Both the position numbers and the translations under genes were made by a program. A stretch of DNA of 64,000 bases from Chrysomallon squamiferum (lineage: Eukaryota; Animalia; Mollusca). The stretch spans positions 13,888,001-13,952,000 of the forward strand of contig CM022678.1 in NCBI GenBank assembly GCA_012295275.1, written 5' to 3'. The notes under the pieces are model-generated. The model worked only from the letters and a program-made list of their open reading frames with translations. It was not told where the DNA came from and ran no database searches. Of this stretch, positions 1-15,620 are shown piece by piece; the stretch's first letter is position 1, and each line of letters opens with the position of its first letter.

Positions 1-1023
1 AGAGTTAATGAAAAAGTTTCCATAAAAAGTCTGTAACTTTCGACTGCTTTGTATTCTGTCCAGTAAGTTATTTTTTCCATTACAAAGTCAGTTGGTTGAA
101 TAATGCTTAAAAATGTTTATCATTTCTCATACTATTTGACTCTAGAAACACATTTGTATATTTCTTTTGGAATTATTACTTGACACATGACAAGTAAAGT
201 CATTTAATTGTAATCATACTTAATCCCATTCCTTGTATCTACACAGTCTCACATTTAATCTTAGTCTCTTTTTAATCACAGGCTTGGTTTGAGAGGATTA
301 AATTATTTTCATTTAGTAATACCAGTCAAATCAATTAATCAACATGTGTTGTAATAAAGAAAACAAATATTTGACGTTATAATTTAAAGAACAACAAAGT
401 TTGCTAGTAATGATAGTAATGAAACCTGATTTTTTTTTTTTTAAATGAAGTGTTTTTCAACTTTGAGAAAAATGTACAAAAACTACATAAACATCCCATA
501 CGCAACCACATAGAACTAATTATTACATATTGATATACAGCAGTCATAGGCAAACTGTAGCCTGCAAGACATTCTGAACAGAAAGCATAACTGGTGAAGC
601 CCACCTGGTCCTTGAAAAAAGTTGCCCATTCCTATAAAGAAAAAAGTAAAATCATTCTAAATTATTAGGTACACTTAATATAATGCTTTTGTAATTGTAT
701 CGGCAGTAAGGTAAGATGATGTTACTAATGACTTTTCTAGGAAATGTCTGCTTAGGCTTCATGTAGGCTCATTTGTTGCAGATATAGAGAGATAGAAAGA
801 CTGACTGTCTGTATTTGCTTCCATCTAAAAAACCCATAATTTAATAGTTTTATCTACAAATTTACATAAATACTTTTTATTTAGTATCACACTGTTATTG
901 CTTTGTGCTTTCTTTTTCACTTCATCTTTTTACCACTGCACTGCTTTAGTTCCTGATATTACAGACTTAATCTGTAAGTGTATAAGAAATACTTGTTTAT
1001 TAAGATTATTAAATTTATTTCAG

Positions 1024-4000
1024 AATGAACTTTATGTTCATGATCTTGTAACAGGAGAAAGGAAATGTCAGCTTAGGCTTGATGTAGGCTCAGTTGTTGG
1101 CTATTCTGGTAAAAGAAAACATAAAGAGGTAATTTGATAATAGTAACAGTAATAAAAATAATATTATTTTAGCAATTTATAAATTATGTCAGACTGTTAA
1201 TCATTAACATATAAAAAGGTACCAAGCATTTGAAATGTTTATTTATAGATATGTATTTTATAGATAGTAAATATTAAAGCATTTATTTTCAGTAATTTGT
1301 AATATTCTATATTTCAGTAGTTACTTTATAAATTTGCATTTTTCCTTTTCTTTAAATAGTAAAAATATTAATTTTCACATATAAAGTTTCAAAATTATTT
1401 TTTTCACAGATATTTTACATGTTCACATCTTTCCTGACTCCAGGTATAATATACAGATGTAACATGACCACAGATGTATATGAACCAAAGGTATTATTTT
1501 CTTTGTTTTATAAGAATTATGATAGTTTAGTTATGCAGCACACAATTGAGCTTGTAAGGTTGTAATCTCCATTGTTTAGGGCTGTCACAATCATTTAAAT
1601 TGTGTTAGAAGTATATGATACCCTATATACTGAACTAATGAAAGTATTATAAGATACCATTAGAATTCTATATAGTGACAGCTGTAGTTAAAATAAGATG
1701 AGAATATGAAAGTACTCATGAGGTTAAGAATGCACCAACACATTTTAATTACTCATCATTAAGGATCAGTAGTAATGAGAGATACATTTTTCAGTTGTAG
1801 GCTAGAAAATTTGTAGATACATCTTGCCACAGAAAGATTATCCTTAATATCCAATAAAGCAACAAGGCTGTTCAGTGGCCACTCTAAGAAAAATTGATCC
1901 TATGTTCTGTATTTGATCTAATTACCAAGTTTCTGCCCCTTTTTAGCTATTGGATGTAGCATTGTAAATAAAAATTTACATGTTGTTTTCTCAGGTGTTT
2001 CGAGAAATCAAAGTGAAAAATTTTGATGTTAAAAAGTTTGAAACAAAACAAGTCTTTTACCTTAGCAAAGATGACATCAAAGTGCCCATGTTCATAGTAA
2101 AAGAGAAAGTAAGTCTTTTTCTCTTTATATTTAAATATATTTTAAATCTTTTATTTTTGACATGGTTACACTATTATATATGCTACTCATTAGTAATGAA
2201 TGTAAACAGAAAGCAAATTTGTCTGAAACAGGTTTCTAATCAATACTAGAAATGCTATCCAGAGGAATCTTTCAAAAAATAATTAAATAACATAAAATAA
2301 AACAAAATTAACGTGCAAGATTATCAGAATTCTAGAAACAAAGAAATAAAAAGAAAATAACATGAGTTATTTAGAAAGTTATATTACTTGTGTGCATTTA
2401 CTCTCAAAATTGTTTTTGCTATTGTTAAATTGGAATTTCAGAAAAACTGAAAACAAGTTGAGACATAATAAAGAGACATTATAACCCAAACACAATATCA
2501 GTGTTTGCAGAAAATGATACCTATTCACATGAGGTTTTCTGGGAAATATGTAAGAAGTACATACCTGTTGTGAACAACAATAATTGCAATAAATGCTTGG
2601 CCAGCATGTTACACATCACTGTAACAGAAATCATGAGAGGAATGCTGTGAATGATTCCTGAAAACACAACCAAGCTCTGGGTATCACATGAACCTTTGGT
2701 TGTTCCAGTTTGCACTCCCCAACTTCATGCAAAATTACAGGTAGACTCAGAGTGTCAAGCATTTTGATAATGATTACATAACCTTGCATCTGTGGAATGG
2801 CTTCCTGATAGCGATATCATCAGCTACGAAGACAGCTTACTGACATCTAGAGGATACTTACTGACGGTGCAAAATCATCTTTTGAGATCAAATGGGCTCT
2901 GACTGCAGCATCGTTGTTTTTGCATTAGAGTTATTTAGCTGTGTATATATACATAATTTACTTCCAATTTTATATTAATATGATTATTGCTTCTAGCTTG
3001 TAGCAGTAAACCTTAAATACTGCATCAAATTTGATATAAAGTACTTTTTCTATTAATTTATAACAGAACATCGAAATGAATGGCAATCATCCTGTGATGT
3101 TGTATGGATATGGAGGGTTCAACATCTCTCTAACTCCATCATTTTCCCCATCCAGACTTGTATTTCTGCAACATCTTGGAGGTATCTATGCCCTTGCCAA
3201 CATCCGTGGTGGTGGGTAAGTTAAATGCTGATAGTGAGTAAAATAAATGTATTATGAAATGGTTGATATGTTTACCTTCTTTTATTGTTAGCAAACATTG
3301 ATATCTTGTAATGAGTTCAACAGTAACTGAGGTACAGCATGTATACAAAAACACCCTAATATAATGATTTCTTTATTCTTTTCTTTTTGTAATTAACAAA
3401 TAACATGAGGAAAATATTCAAACTGTATTTAGACCACCTGTTTTTTTTTTTTAACTTTATATATTACAATTTAATATATTTTGACAAAATTTCTATTTTC
3501 AAGAGAATATGGTGAGACCTGGCACAAAAGAGGAATGTTAGATAAGAAACAGAATTGTTTTGATGATTTTCAGAAAGCAGCTGAATATCTTATAGAAAAC
3601 AAATACACTTCACCCACAAAGTGAGTTGTATCATATTCTGTTAAAAGTTATATTTTCCTTGTTAGACTGTTTTTTCTCCTGTGTAATTGTATTCTCCTTG
3701 TAAGTGACTTATCTTCTTAATCTATGCTCCTTTCTTTTTTTTTTTTTTTTTAAAATAACGTTTTGTTTCTGAATTAATTGTTTTCTCTGTCCTTAAATAG
3801 TTGTTTTTATTTTCAATTTAGGATTATAATCAATGGTGGATCAAATGGTGGGTTGTTAGTGGGTGCTTGTGTTAATCAGAGACCAGATTTATTTGGATGT
3901 GCAATTGCCCAAGTTGGGTAAAGTTTTGTTTGATTTAAACATATTATTATAATTATAATAATGTATATATCTTTACATTAAGTTAACAGTACACACACAC

Positions 4001-5780
4001 ATGCATTACACAGATACTATATTCAGACAGAAACAATGATAGTTTTATCCATTATTTTTTACCAGGCATATTAACAAGACCTGATACTTGTTAATATTAA
4101 AATATATTGACTCATTATAAATACTGAAAATACACAGAACTAAATATGTTTTTCCACTGCTTTGTTTTACAGTGTCATGGATATACTGAGATTTCACAAG
4201 TTTACTATCGGTCATGCATGGGTCTCTGATTATGGCTGTTCTGAGAAACCTGAGGAATTTCAATGGCAAATAAAGTAAATTTACATATCTATCTCTGTTT
4301 TACAAAAATGCCATTATAATGCCTACATATCATCCATATTCTTGATGGAAATTTATTAATATACTTATTTTAAGTTGTTTACTTAGTTTTAAATACACTC
4401 AATATAGGAAGAAAGTACAAATATAATTATATAATTACATATTTCCACTTTCAGGTATTCTCCACTGCACAATGTTAAGGAAAAAGACTGTCAGTATCCT
4501 GCCATTTTGTTACTTACTGGTGATCATGATGACAGAGTTGTACCACTTCATTCTCTTAAATTCATGGCAGAGTTACAACATGTACTTGGCAGCAGTAAGA
4601 AACAGGTGTATAATATATATATACAAATTATTTATTTATCAGAGATTTCTGTGTAAAAGTTTTGCCAGTACGTCATTCATTTTTGTCACCCAGAAAATTT
4701 CTGATTATTTCTTCATCGGTATCAGTCCCTCCAGACAATTTTGGTTTTAAGCCATCTATATTTTGATGTCATATTAATTTTAAATATTTTAATAATAAGA
4801 ATTTTTGACAAATGTTATATATTATTATTTTGTTATTGAAAATAATTTAATCAATTTTCATAATATTCAAGAAAATAGTGGATGATAATAAATGGCAAAT
4901 TTTTCTTAGTTTCTTTGACACTTTTTTTTCAGTTTTAAGTCTACTCGACAGAAACTGTACCACTTGACGTAACTGTCAATATTATCATTGTTGATTTCTT
5001 GTGTTTGTATTCGTAATTAAGAATTGTTAAATATTTTCTTTCAAATCCTTTATTATTGTGACCAGTAATGTTGTCTAGAGCTCTTTCCTGCATGGGTCTT
5101 TTTAATCTAATGATCAGAAAAACACATGGCATTAGTGATGTAGATGTCATTATTTTCGTGGCCATGTTATTGCTGAAAAAAGAAAATACTTGTTGACAAA
5201 AGGCCATGTTTGGTGGAGTAGCTCATATATTATATATAAATACACTAGATGACACTTAAACACACATGAAGTTATAATTGCTAAGAATTTGAATAAGTTT
5301 GGAGAACAGTTCAATTTTAATATTTTTAATAAATTTACTTTCATTTCATTCCAGTCTAATCCACTTATGTTAAGAGTTGACACCAAGGCGGGTCATGGAT
5401 CTGGAAAACCAACAGCAAAAATTGTATGTTTGTTTTATATGATGTTATTGTGGGTGTTATTTTAGGTTATTTATACTGCTGATACGTTACATATCGTCAC
5501 TATTTGTAAACAGTCACTGTATGCAGTGTTACTACTACCTACTACAGAGATCATAGGATCATTCTTCCTTGATCTATTCTCCATTCCAGCCAACCAACAA
5601 GTGCATTATCAGTCATTTTAAACATTAATCTATCCAGTAAAACATTTTTTCGTTCATTAATTTGTTAACTTTATTCTTTTCTTTTCCTTATTCTGATTTT
5701 ATTTTATTTTGCAGATAGAAGAACTGACTGATATTTACAGTTTTATTTATCAAACTGTTGGACTGCAGTGGAATGACTAA
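1024..5780 (+). CDS. PREP: Prolyl endopeptidase (prolyl oligopeptidase, S9A), 3' portion; upstream exons lie before the window
   Basis: Ten phase-compatible GT-AG exons: 1024-1128, 1410-1490, 1995-2108, 3067-3215, 3504-3620, 3822-3917, 4173-4274, 4455-4605, 5355-5423, 5715-5780 (TAA). The translation has [24 protein letters not shown], catalytic Ser GGSNGG, Asp DHDDRVVP and His KAGHG. Confidence 0.96.
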
Positions 5781-6467
5781 CAATGGCCTTTGTGCTTAAT
5801 ACTGTTACAAAAACACTTATTCTAGTAACAATGTAAACATGTTTTTCTTTCTGCATTTAATGGTTTCCAGTAATATTCACATCTGAAGACTGGATATATA
5901 ATGATATTCAAACATATATTTTTTTTCTCACTGTTTTTTGCTTAAATAAATCTTGTAGGAGATGGTATCCATAGATAACAAGGAAGTAACTAGCCACTGT
6001 AGTAGCAGGTTCTTTCTCATTATCTGTGTTGTCCACAGCCACATGCATTCGCTTTGTGGTCAAATGTGAAAATGTGTTGAGAATGTCACTAAATAAATAT
6101 TTCAATTCTTCTCATATGTTTTGCTAATTAATTTGAAATTATTGCAATATTTGTCTAATCAAAATTTGTTAGAGTTAATAAAAATTATGCAATCAGTGAT
6201 ATTTTTGTAAAGTGTCTGAAAGCAGTATAAAGAAAGTAAACTGATATTTGTAAATATAAGTGACTTGGTAATCAGGCACACTGGTTAAACTGTATGGTTA
6301 TTGGTGACAACTGCAGATCATTTTAAAAGATGTTTTGTCAGATTGTGTTTATTCACTTTTATTCAGTTTTATATATATATTTCTAAAATATTTACTTTTT
6401 ACTTATTTCTAATTTTCTCTGTTGTTCGCTCTATTTCTCAGACATATTCTTGTTTACTCAGTGTCTG

Positions 6468-6473
6468 AATAAA
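6468..6473 (+). promoter_or_regulatory. Candidate polyadenylation signal of PREP
   Basis: AATAAA about 690 nt after the PREP stop. Not unique in such AT-rich DNA. Confidence 0.3.
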
Positions 6474-9039
6474 ATTTTCATCTTAAGTGAACCCTTAAAA
6501 GTTGAAAACTATCAATTCCATAAAGTGACTTTTGAATTAATTTTTTTAAGAAATAACATTCATTTAATTAATCCATTCCAAACCTAAAGCACACATTAAA
6601 AATATTTTGAATGAAAAAATAGACAGAACAAGGATAGTTACTGCTTAGATGGAAGTCATCAAGTCTGAATTTGGATGGTGTTCACTGAAACACATTAACA
6701 ACAAAACTATCTATGACTTTGGTTTTGAGCATTACTGTGCTAATTCTAAAATGCTGTTAAAAAATGACAGGACTAACCCATTACAATTCATTACAAGTGT
6801 TAAACTTTCATTCATTAATTCTTTTGACTTGATAATCCAATATGTTTCTAGAATATAGTCATATGTTTACACAGATGTACAAATTGACAGACGTGTTATA
6901 GAAAAGGAATTAAATGGTTCTATACAGGTGACGGTGAATGTAAAATTACAATAAATTAATAAGTATCAGTTACTGGGTAATTTGTTTTATTTACTTTATT
7001 ATTATTATAAATTTCATTATCATTTTTCTTTTAATTTAAATTTATTTATGATATAAAATTCAAAGTTTCTTCCTGCTGTTCCAAAGTACATTTAAATTCA
7101 GTAGATTTCTTTGTAAAATGAATAGACCATAAAAACAGTAAATAAATTTTATAACAAAGTATTTTCATTTATGACTATTCATTAAGTAGTTGCATTTATT
7201 TAATCACCAGAGTAATAGAAGCAGACAACCAAAAAGCAACAATAAAATTTGTAAAATGTTGAAACGAACCGTTCAATAAGAATTAAATAAAAAGAGTAAC
7301 AGAATAAATAAAATCTAAAAAAAAAAAAAAAAAAAAATAAGACGAACATGAAACAAATACATAAATAAATAATACAAAATATAACAGAATCAACTAATTA
7401 AAAACATTTTCTAAGTTTTACATACGAATTTTCATTCTGGTTTTAACTGAGAATAATAATAATAATAAATGTTCTTTTATTCACTAAACTTAAACAGTAG
7501 TCTTCACTGGACTCCTCTGACAACATCGCGGCTAATAACAGATCAAATCACAAAGAACAGAACTAATTTAGCATGCAATTACATCAATAAATATAATTTC
7601 CCGAATGTATAGCATTCGCCTTTTAGCATTTACATCTCACATTTCATCTTTCGTATTCTTCATAACAAGCATTTTTAAAGCTGTCTATACCGGAGATAAT
7701 TATCAGATTTTCAAATATTTGAAAATAAGTTCAGTTCATAGTCAGCCATTGTTATCTTCTGATCCAACCAAAAGTTATTGTTCTTATTGTCTGTTGGCGC
7801 AGTGTCGAGCATTAATACTGACGCTAATGTTAAGTATACGAATAACATACTTGAGATTAATAATAAAAAAGGATGGAACATTTTCTTAGCAATAGTTTAG
7901 CAAATATTTCTCGAACTCGTCTTTGATGACGTATGTTCGTTCTGAATTTAACAATAAACTGACGTCATGATGCGGCGCTGTTCTGAATAGTTGAAATTAC
8001 TGAATTTTATGTGCGTGCGTGCGTGCGTGTGTTTATGCATTTACTTGTTATTTTGTCTATTTAACATATATAATTATCTCCGTGCTACAGCATTATTACC
8101 TACAGCTTGCTTACGACATCAACAGCTTCAAATATAACTTTCGAACATATATTACATTTTGCTTATTCACAAGAGTGATATCAAATTTATTGTTCAAGGT
8201 TGCAGGTTATATTAAATACGGGTCTGAAGTATAGATTTATGGTAGATTATCCTCGTTCTTACACTCACTGGTTCATATCGGAAATGGTACCTGGGTCGTA
8301 TTATCTTTCTACTTTTCTTCCAGTAAAACATTAGAGAAACCTGCTTGTAGATCGCGTGGCGAATTCGGAATATAAAGGCATATAAATATTCTAAATAATT
8401 GTTAATTTTAGTTCATTCACCTCTGTATTTAATATAACCTACAACCTACTTCTGATCATCCAGTTCATATTAATTCACTAAAGTCACTGATTATGTCACT
8501 GGTCATTAGTTAAAGAAAAACTAAGTTTGAAGGAAAAAAAAGCACGTTAGTCTTTTTATTTATAAAGTGTCAGACCCTGTTTTTTTTTTTATATGTTTGC
8601 AGCCATGATGTGTTAGCTTCAGTCATTCATGTTAGTAATTATCTCTTTACTGTTATTCATTTTCCAGTTTTTCTGGCACTTTTACAAGCAGATCTAGCAT
8701 TTTGGTGATTATAGCAGTATAAGAAGCCATACGTTATTGAACACACCTTTACAATGTGCATTGACTGTTCTTACGAATATATTATATATATATATATATA
8801 TCCTGCAATCGCTATAAATAGATGAGGCAATCACTGACCAAATATATCGCTATTTTGCTACTGAACTATTTTTACTTTCAGTGGAGAGCAAAGATAACCC
8901 AGAAATTCTGTATTCCACTAACGCATCACGAGAGACTGAGCCGATATTTCAAAATAATGAAGTAATCAGTCCAGACATTTTTTACTTTGCCTTGCGAAAA
9001 AAAAAAAAGAAGAAAAGCTACACAAAAATAAACAAACAA

Positions 9040-9041
<2 letters not shown>

Positions 9042-9118
<77 letters not shown>
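9042..9118. repeat. Compound (CAA)n(TAA)n microsatellite
   Basis: Read directly; it explains the poly-Q and poly-L pseudo-ORFs 8881-9090 and 8926-9216. Confidence 0.95.
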
Positions 9119-9119
<1 letters not shown>

Positions 9120-9866
9120 TATAAGAAATAATAAGATTCGACTTTTTATCGCACAAATGAACTAACTGTAGAAAAGATGTCACTTTTGAAAAATGTGCTG
9201 AGCAGTAGCTATCCACCTAGCTACGTCACTGAATTATATCTTTGTAATAGGTCACTCTCAATATATAATGATTAGAAGACCATATTACTATATGCAGAAA
9301 TGTTTACTGGTTATTTTTATAAAAAGTAAAATGTGCTATGTCAACATACACAAAGAGATCACCGCTTTACCCACAGATACATATATGGATTTAATCTCTC
9401 AAGTGTGACTAAGCTGGCCTATCTAACAGAACTATCATATCTGCTGTTTTGTTCATACTGTCTGACAACCACTTCATTTTGTCAAAGAAAACAAATCACA
9501 AAACAAACTCTAGTTTTATGTGAATATGTCATTCAGAGGCGAACACATGGAGTGTCAAAATCATAATTCTTAACCGATATAAACTGTAACGATGTGGCTG
9601 TCAGGCTTTTTACTTTTATTTCTTGTTATGTATGTGAATGTATTTATGTATTTGTGTGTATAGGTATATGTATGTGCGTATAAATGAATACAAAAGACAA
9701 AAATAAACAAACTTAAGTTAAAACTGGCCATGTAGCCTTCAGTGCAAGAGCAAACATTTATTTGAAAAATTTAATGTGTGTGTATATATATATATATATT
9801 CATTCATTAATTCGTACACACACACACACATACACATTCAATTATCTGTATATATATAAATATCTA

Positions 9867-9908
<42 letters not shown>

Positions 9909-10086
9909 TTCCTAATCAATGTCAATAGCTTTTAAGGCCCGACAACGGATTTCGTCTTTCATCATAATAAAAACAGAGATTTGATATCTATGATCTATGT
10001 TTGTAAGTAATTCTTGATCCGAAAACTACTTAATGTAAAAACGTAAATATTTAAAACGTACGATGAAAAAAAAAAAAAAAAAAAAT

Positions 10087-10117
<31 letters not shown>

Positions 10118-10597
10118 CAAAACAAAGCAAAATAAAAATGGGATCATAATTATGGAACTGTTTATATTATAATTATATTTTTTTGGTAATAAATTCAGTG
10201 GAAGAATTATGGATATAAGAGCTGTATATTTTTAACCATTCATTTTAATAACATAAAAAGCGCCTTTAAAATCTTCGACATAAACACACCATTGAGTTGC
10301 TTTTCAGCTATTCCGTCTTATGAAAATATTATTACCGTTAACAAAATAAACATTTGTCTGTTTTATTCTTTTTCTTTCACGGTTGTTGGCTTTCGAATCG
10401 AACGAGTTTGTACACAGAGAATGATTTTGCCAACATTTTATATCTATCAAAAGTGATTTTTTTTCTATTCATATCACATCTGTATTTACGTAGACTCACA
10501 ATGGATTGCTGGTTTACAAAAAGAAGATTCAAGAGTAAACACGTTCTCACTTTAGGTGTCTCGTGAAAACAGAATTGGTTTGTACAGCTTTTTAAAC

Positions 10598-13511
10598 ATG
10601 GCCACCATTTTGTGCATTTTTAGAAGTTTGTTTTACGTGACGTTTTTAATAACTTGTACCCAAGTTGATATTTGTGATGCCGTAAGTACATTTATTTATA
10701 AATATTATATCCACTATTTAGTTATTCATTTCATTTATTTTTATCATGTCAGTGATATCGTCTAATAAATCAGAAGAAAAGAAATAAAGACTTTTCTTTT
10801 TTCTTCTTCTTATCATCATCTCATCGTCTTATCATCGACAACGTCTTCATTATTGTTTTCCATATTTGAATATAATCATTAAAACATTTTTAAGAGAATG
10901 AAACTAATTATTTAGTATTTCGTTTTAATGCTTTAGTCTACAAAAGTGAATGGATTCTGTTAAAACACACAGTTCTTTTTTGTTGTTGTTGTTGAACAGA
11001 ATAGTCTTTTAAATGCTTCCAAACTACACTTTTTTTATTTTGAATTGTAACTGGTAATTGTCATATATATTTCACCATAATTAACCTTTTGCACACACAC
11101 ACACACACCGCTTGTATTTCAGAATTTTACATTTTAAATAGATATGTATAAGCAATGTGAATAAAAAGATTAGTTATAATAGGCAACAGAAGCCGTGCAG
11201 ATTCTGCCATTCACTGTGAGAACACTTCATGAAAATTCTGTAGGACTTATCGACATAGCAACACTCAACTGTAAAGACAACACAACAACTGTAGCGTGCA
11301 CGACGTGTAACATAGTCTCCATAACAACAGCTACCTTACCAGCAAGCACACAAGTTAATGTCATTGGTCCATTCCTGGTCGTCAAACAGTATCTTAATGT
11401 GGGTATGTATGAAAATTATCTCCGCGTAATGATATAAAGATAGTGTCAGTATTTATTCTGCCATGACGTAGAAAAAAGATCGATTCAGATTAGCCAAAGA
11501 GTCAATTTAGAAATTAAGAAATGACAATCACCAATCTCTAATTTTCATTTACAGAAACCATTACACTGTGTTAACAAACTGATACATAGATAACACTACC
11601 CTGTGTTAACAAACTGATACACAGATAACACTACCCTGTGTAAACAAACTGATACACAGATAACTTTACCCTGTGTTAACAAACTGATACACAGATAACA
11701 CTACCCTGTGTTAACAAACTGATATAGAGATAACATTACCCTGTGTAAACAAACTGATACACAGATAACACTACCCTGTGTTAACAAACTGATACACAGA
11801 TAACACTACCCTGTGTTAACAAACTGATACACAGATAACACTACCCTGTGTTAACAAACTGATACACAGATAACATTACCCTGTGTTAACAAACTGATAC
11901 ACAGATAACACTACCCTGTGTTAACAAACTGATACACAGATAACATTACCCTGTGTTAACAAACTGATAAAGAGATAACATTACCCTGTGTTAACAAACT
12001 GATACACAGATAACACTACCCTGTGTTAACAAACTGATACACAGATAACACTACCCTGTGTAAACAAACTGATACACAGATAACACTACCCTGTGTAAAC
12101 AAACTGATACACAGATAACATTACCCTGTGTTAACAAACTGATATAGAGATAACATTACATGTTAACAAACTGACATACAGATAACATTACCCTGTGTAA
12201 ACAAACTGATACACAGATAACACTACCCTGTGTTAACAAACTGATACACAGATAACACTACCCTGTGTTAACAAACTGATACACAGATAACATTACCCTG
12301 TGTTAACAAACTGATATATAGATAACATTACACTGTGTTAAAAAACTGATACACAAATAACTTTACCCTGTGTTAACAAACTGATATAGAGATAACATTA
12401 CCCTGTGTTAACAAACTGATATAGAGATAACATTACATGTTAACAAACTGACATACAGATAACATTACCCTGTGTTAACAAACTGATATAGAGATAACAT
12501 TACATGTTAACAAACTGACATACAGATAACATTACACTCTGTTAACAAACTGATACACAGATAACATTACCCTGTGTTAACAAACTGATATAGAGATAAC
12601 ATTACATGTTAACAAACTGACATACAGATAACATTACACTGTGTTAACAAACTGATACACAGATAACATTACACTGTGTTAACAAACTGATACACAGATA
12701 ACACAGCCCTGTGTTAACAAACTGATATAGAGATAACATTACATGTTAACAAACTGACATACAGATAACATTACACTGTGTTAACAAACTGATACACAGA
12801 TAACATTACCCTGTGTTAACAAACTGATATAGAGATAACATTACATGTTAACAAACTGATACACAGATAACATTACACTGTGTTAACAAACTGATACACA
12901 GATAACTTTACATTGTGTTAACAAACTGATACACAGATAACATTACATGTTAACAAACTGACATACAGATAACATTACACTGTGTTAACAAACTGATACA
13001 CAGATAACATTACATTGTGTTAACAAACTGACACACAGATAACATTACATGTTAACAAACTGACATACAGATAACATTACACTGTGTTAACAAACTGATA
13101 CACAGATAACATTATATTGTGTTAACAAACTAATATACAGATATCATTTAATTATTAGCTAACAATCAATATTATTATAATGTCTTAACAAAAAGAAGTT
13201 TATAGATATATGAAACATCTAAATGCACAGGTAAATAAACAAAAATATAAGTAACAATAATGAATAAATGTATTAATAGATAAATAAATAATAAAACAAA
13301 CAAAACATATTATTTCAGATTTTCACGTGTACTTCAGTGAGAAGGCTAATGGGGCAGTGCTAAGTTTCAACACTATTTCGTCCTACCTTGTCACCGTCAA
13401 GTGTGAAATGAACTCGGGAGGGGCGCTTATGTCAGCCTCAGCTACTCTAGAAATAGATATATTACCTAACCTGGCACCCACTATAAACAATTATCCTGGG
13501 GGTATGTATTC

Positions 13512-13549
<38 letters not shown>

Positions 13550-15514
13550 TAGTAGTAGCAGTATTAGTAGTAGTAGTAGAAATATCATTTGTGTGCTAAA
13601 GATTATTTTACTTTTTTAATCAATAACTTTTTTTATTATTTATTTACAACTACTACTACTACTACTTTTTTTTATTTTGTAAACTTTTATTTCATTTTGT
13701 TTCATTTATTTTGAATTTTATTTTTTTAATTTATTTATGTTTTATTTTTTTATTTATTTATGTTTTATTTTTCTCAAATAAGTTAGGAAAATTTATTATT
13801 TGTACTATTACTACTACTGCTGCTACTACTACTACTTTATTTTATTTTGTTAATTTTTGTTTTACTTGATATTTATCTTTTATTTTTATTTCATTTATTT
13901 ATTTATTTTACTTTATTGATCTTTTATTTTTTCTCAAATACGTAAACAAAATTTAATATTATTATCAAAATTAATATATTATTATTATTATTATTATTTT
14001 ATTTTTATTTTTTATTTTTATTTTTTCTTATTTGAGAAAATACGATATAAGAAAAAAAACACAAAAAGAATAAAATTTTACTGACATACTTAATGGATGC
14101 GTTTTGAATTATTTCATATTAACTGGCATACGATTCAGAGCAACAGGGTCAGTTGCCTCCCATAGCCTCGCAAAACCGTGAGGACAGTTTGGGAAAAATT
14201 GGTTCCGAGTTTTTAACTCTTTAAAAGTTGGTGCAATTCACCCACTTTACACACACACAGACACACCCGACCAAAATTAAAATGTTCATTCTCTTGGCAT
14301 TTCTATTTCTATAATATGTACAGACACATTTGCTCAGTTGTTAATTAGTTTCATATTTGATCAGTTCAAGTGACACTGGATGCTAAAAATACGGCTGCTG
14401 GTGTAACGGTGGACACAATTGTAGCCAAGGACAACGAGTCAGATCCGCTGACGTTCAAACACTGGTTTGAACCATCGCTTGCTGACTACTTTGCCGTGGA
14501 CGATAGTAGGTTACCTTCTATACAATTTTATATTTCCCCCTTATTTTTTTTTTTACTCACTTATTTGTTTATTTATTTATCTGTTTTGGCACACATTCAT
14601 ATATATTATCTTTGCTTTCAATATTGTTTTTATTTATCTAGTTATGTATACACTCAACATATATTTTTACAAATAATGCATCTAATTATCTATCTCTGTA
14701 TATATCTATTTATCTGTCTGTCTGTCTGTCTGACTGTCTGTCTGTCTATCTATCTATATATCTTTCTATATTTATTTATTTATTTATTTTTGCCTAACAG
14801 CTGCTGGGGTAGCGACAGTGAAGACAGTGAGAGATTTGAGATACTGCGTGTATGGCACTGTTCTTGTTAAAACCAATGTTTCGGACGGTAAACTGACTAC
14901 TGGTCCATACACGACCACAATCAGAGTCACGAGTAAGTTGATCACATTCTGAAGTGCAGCGATATATTCTGTATATCCGTGAACGAAAACACCAGAGGAC
15001 GATCGAATGTATATCCTTCTCCCTGTAATGTAGAAAATCATGTTATTACCTATTTTAGTTATGATATATTTATTTTATGAAATATACTCGATATTAATAA
15101 GACGAGATGGATGTGTGTGTGTGTCTGTGTATTTGTGTGTCTGTGTGTGTATGTGTGTGTGTTTATTTTGCTAATATTCTTGGGATGGTTGTTTTTCAAT
15201 TTGGATTGTGCAGGTTTTGGTGGTTTCTGTTGTACGTACATAATTTAATATACATACATATACGTACATACATACATACAGACAGACAGACACATAAACA
15301 CACATAATATACATACATATTTCTGTTTCAGATCTCAACTCTAGGCCACAGTTTACTAATCTTCCAGTTAACCTCACTATACCAGAAAATGCTGCCAGCG
15401 GACAAACAATCATTGTTGTCAGTTACACCGACCCTGATCTGTACTCGACTTTGACTCCAGTTTTTAGCATCGATCCTGTTTCAGAAGCTTATAAATTTGT
15501 TTATGAAAAGAACT

Positions 15515-15563
<49 letters not shown>

Positions 15564-15571
15564 AATGGGTA

Positions 15572-15620
<49 letters not shown>

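Noticed and set aside
2480-2930. Higher-complexity segment in a PREP intron (ORF 2521-2715)
   Set aside because: No motif, splice support or termini found; probably an old repeat relic.
7923-7985. Box C/D snoRNA-like pattern (TGATGA, CTGA, ATGATG, CTGA)
   Set aside because: No convincing terminal stem, no rRNA guide I can recognise, and an intergenic position; a cmscan against Rfam would settle it.
11551-13145. CRISPR-like array of ~35-bp repeats
   Set aside because: The units are contiguous with no unique spacers, there are no cas genes, and the array lies in a eukaryotic intron.
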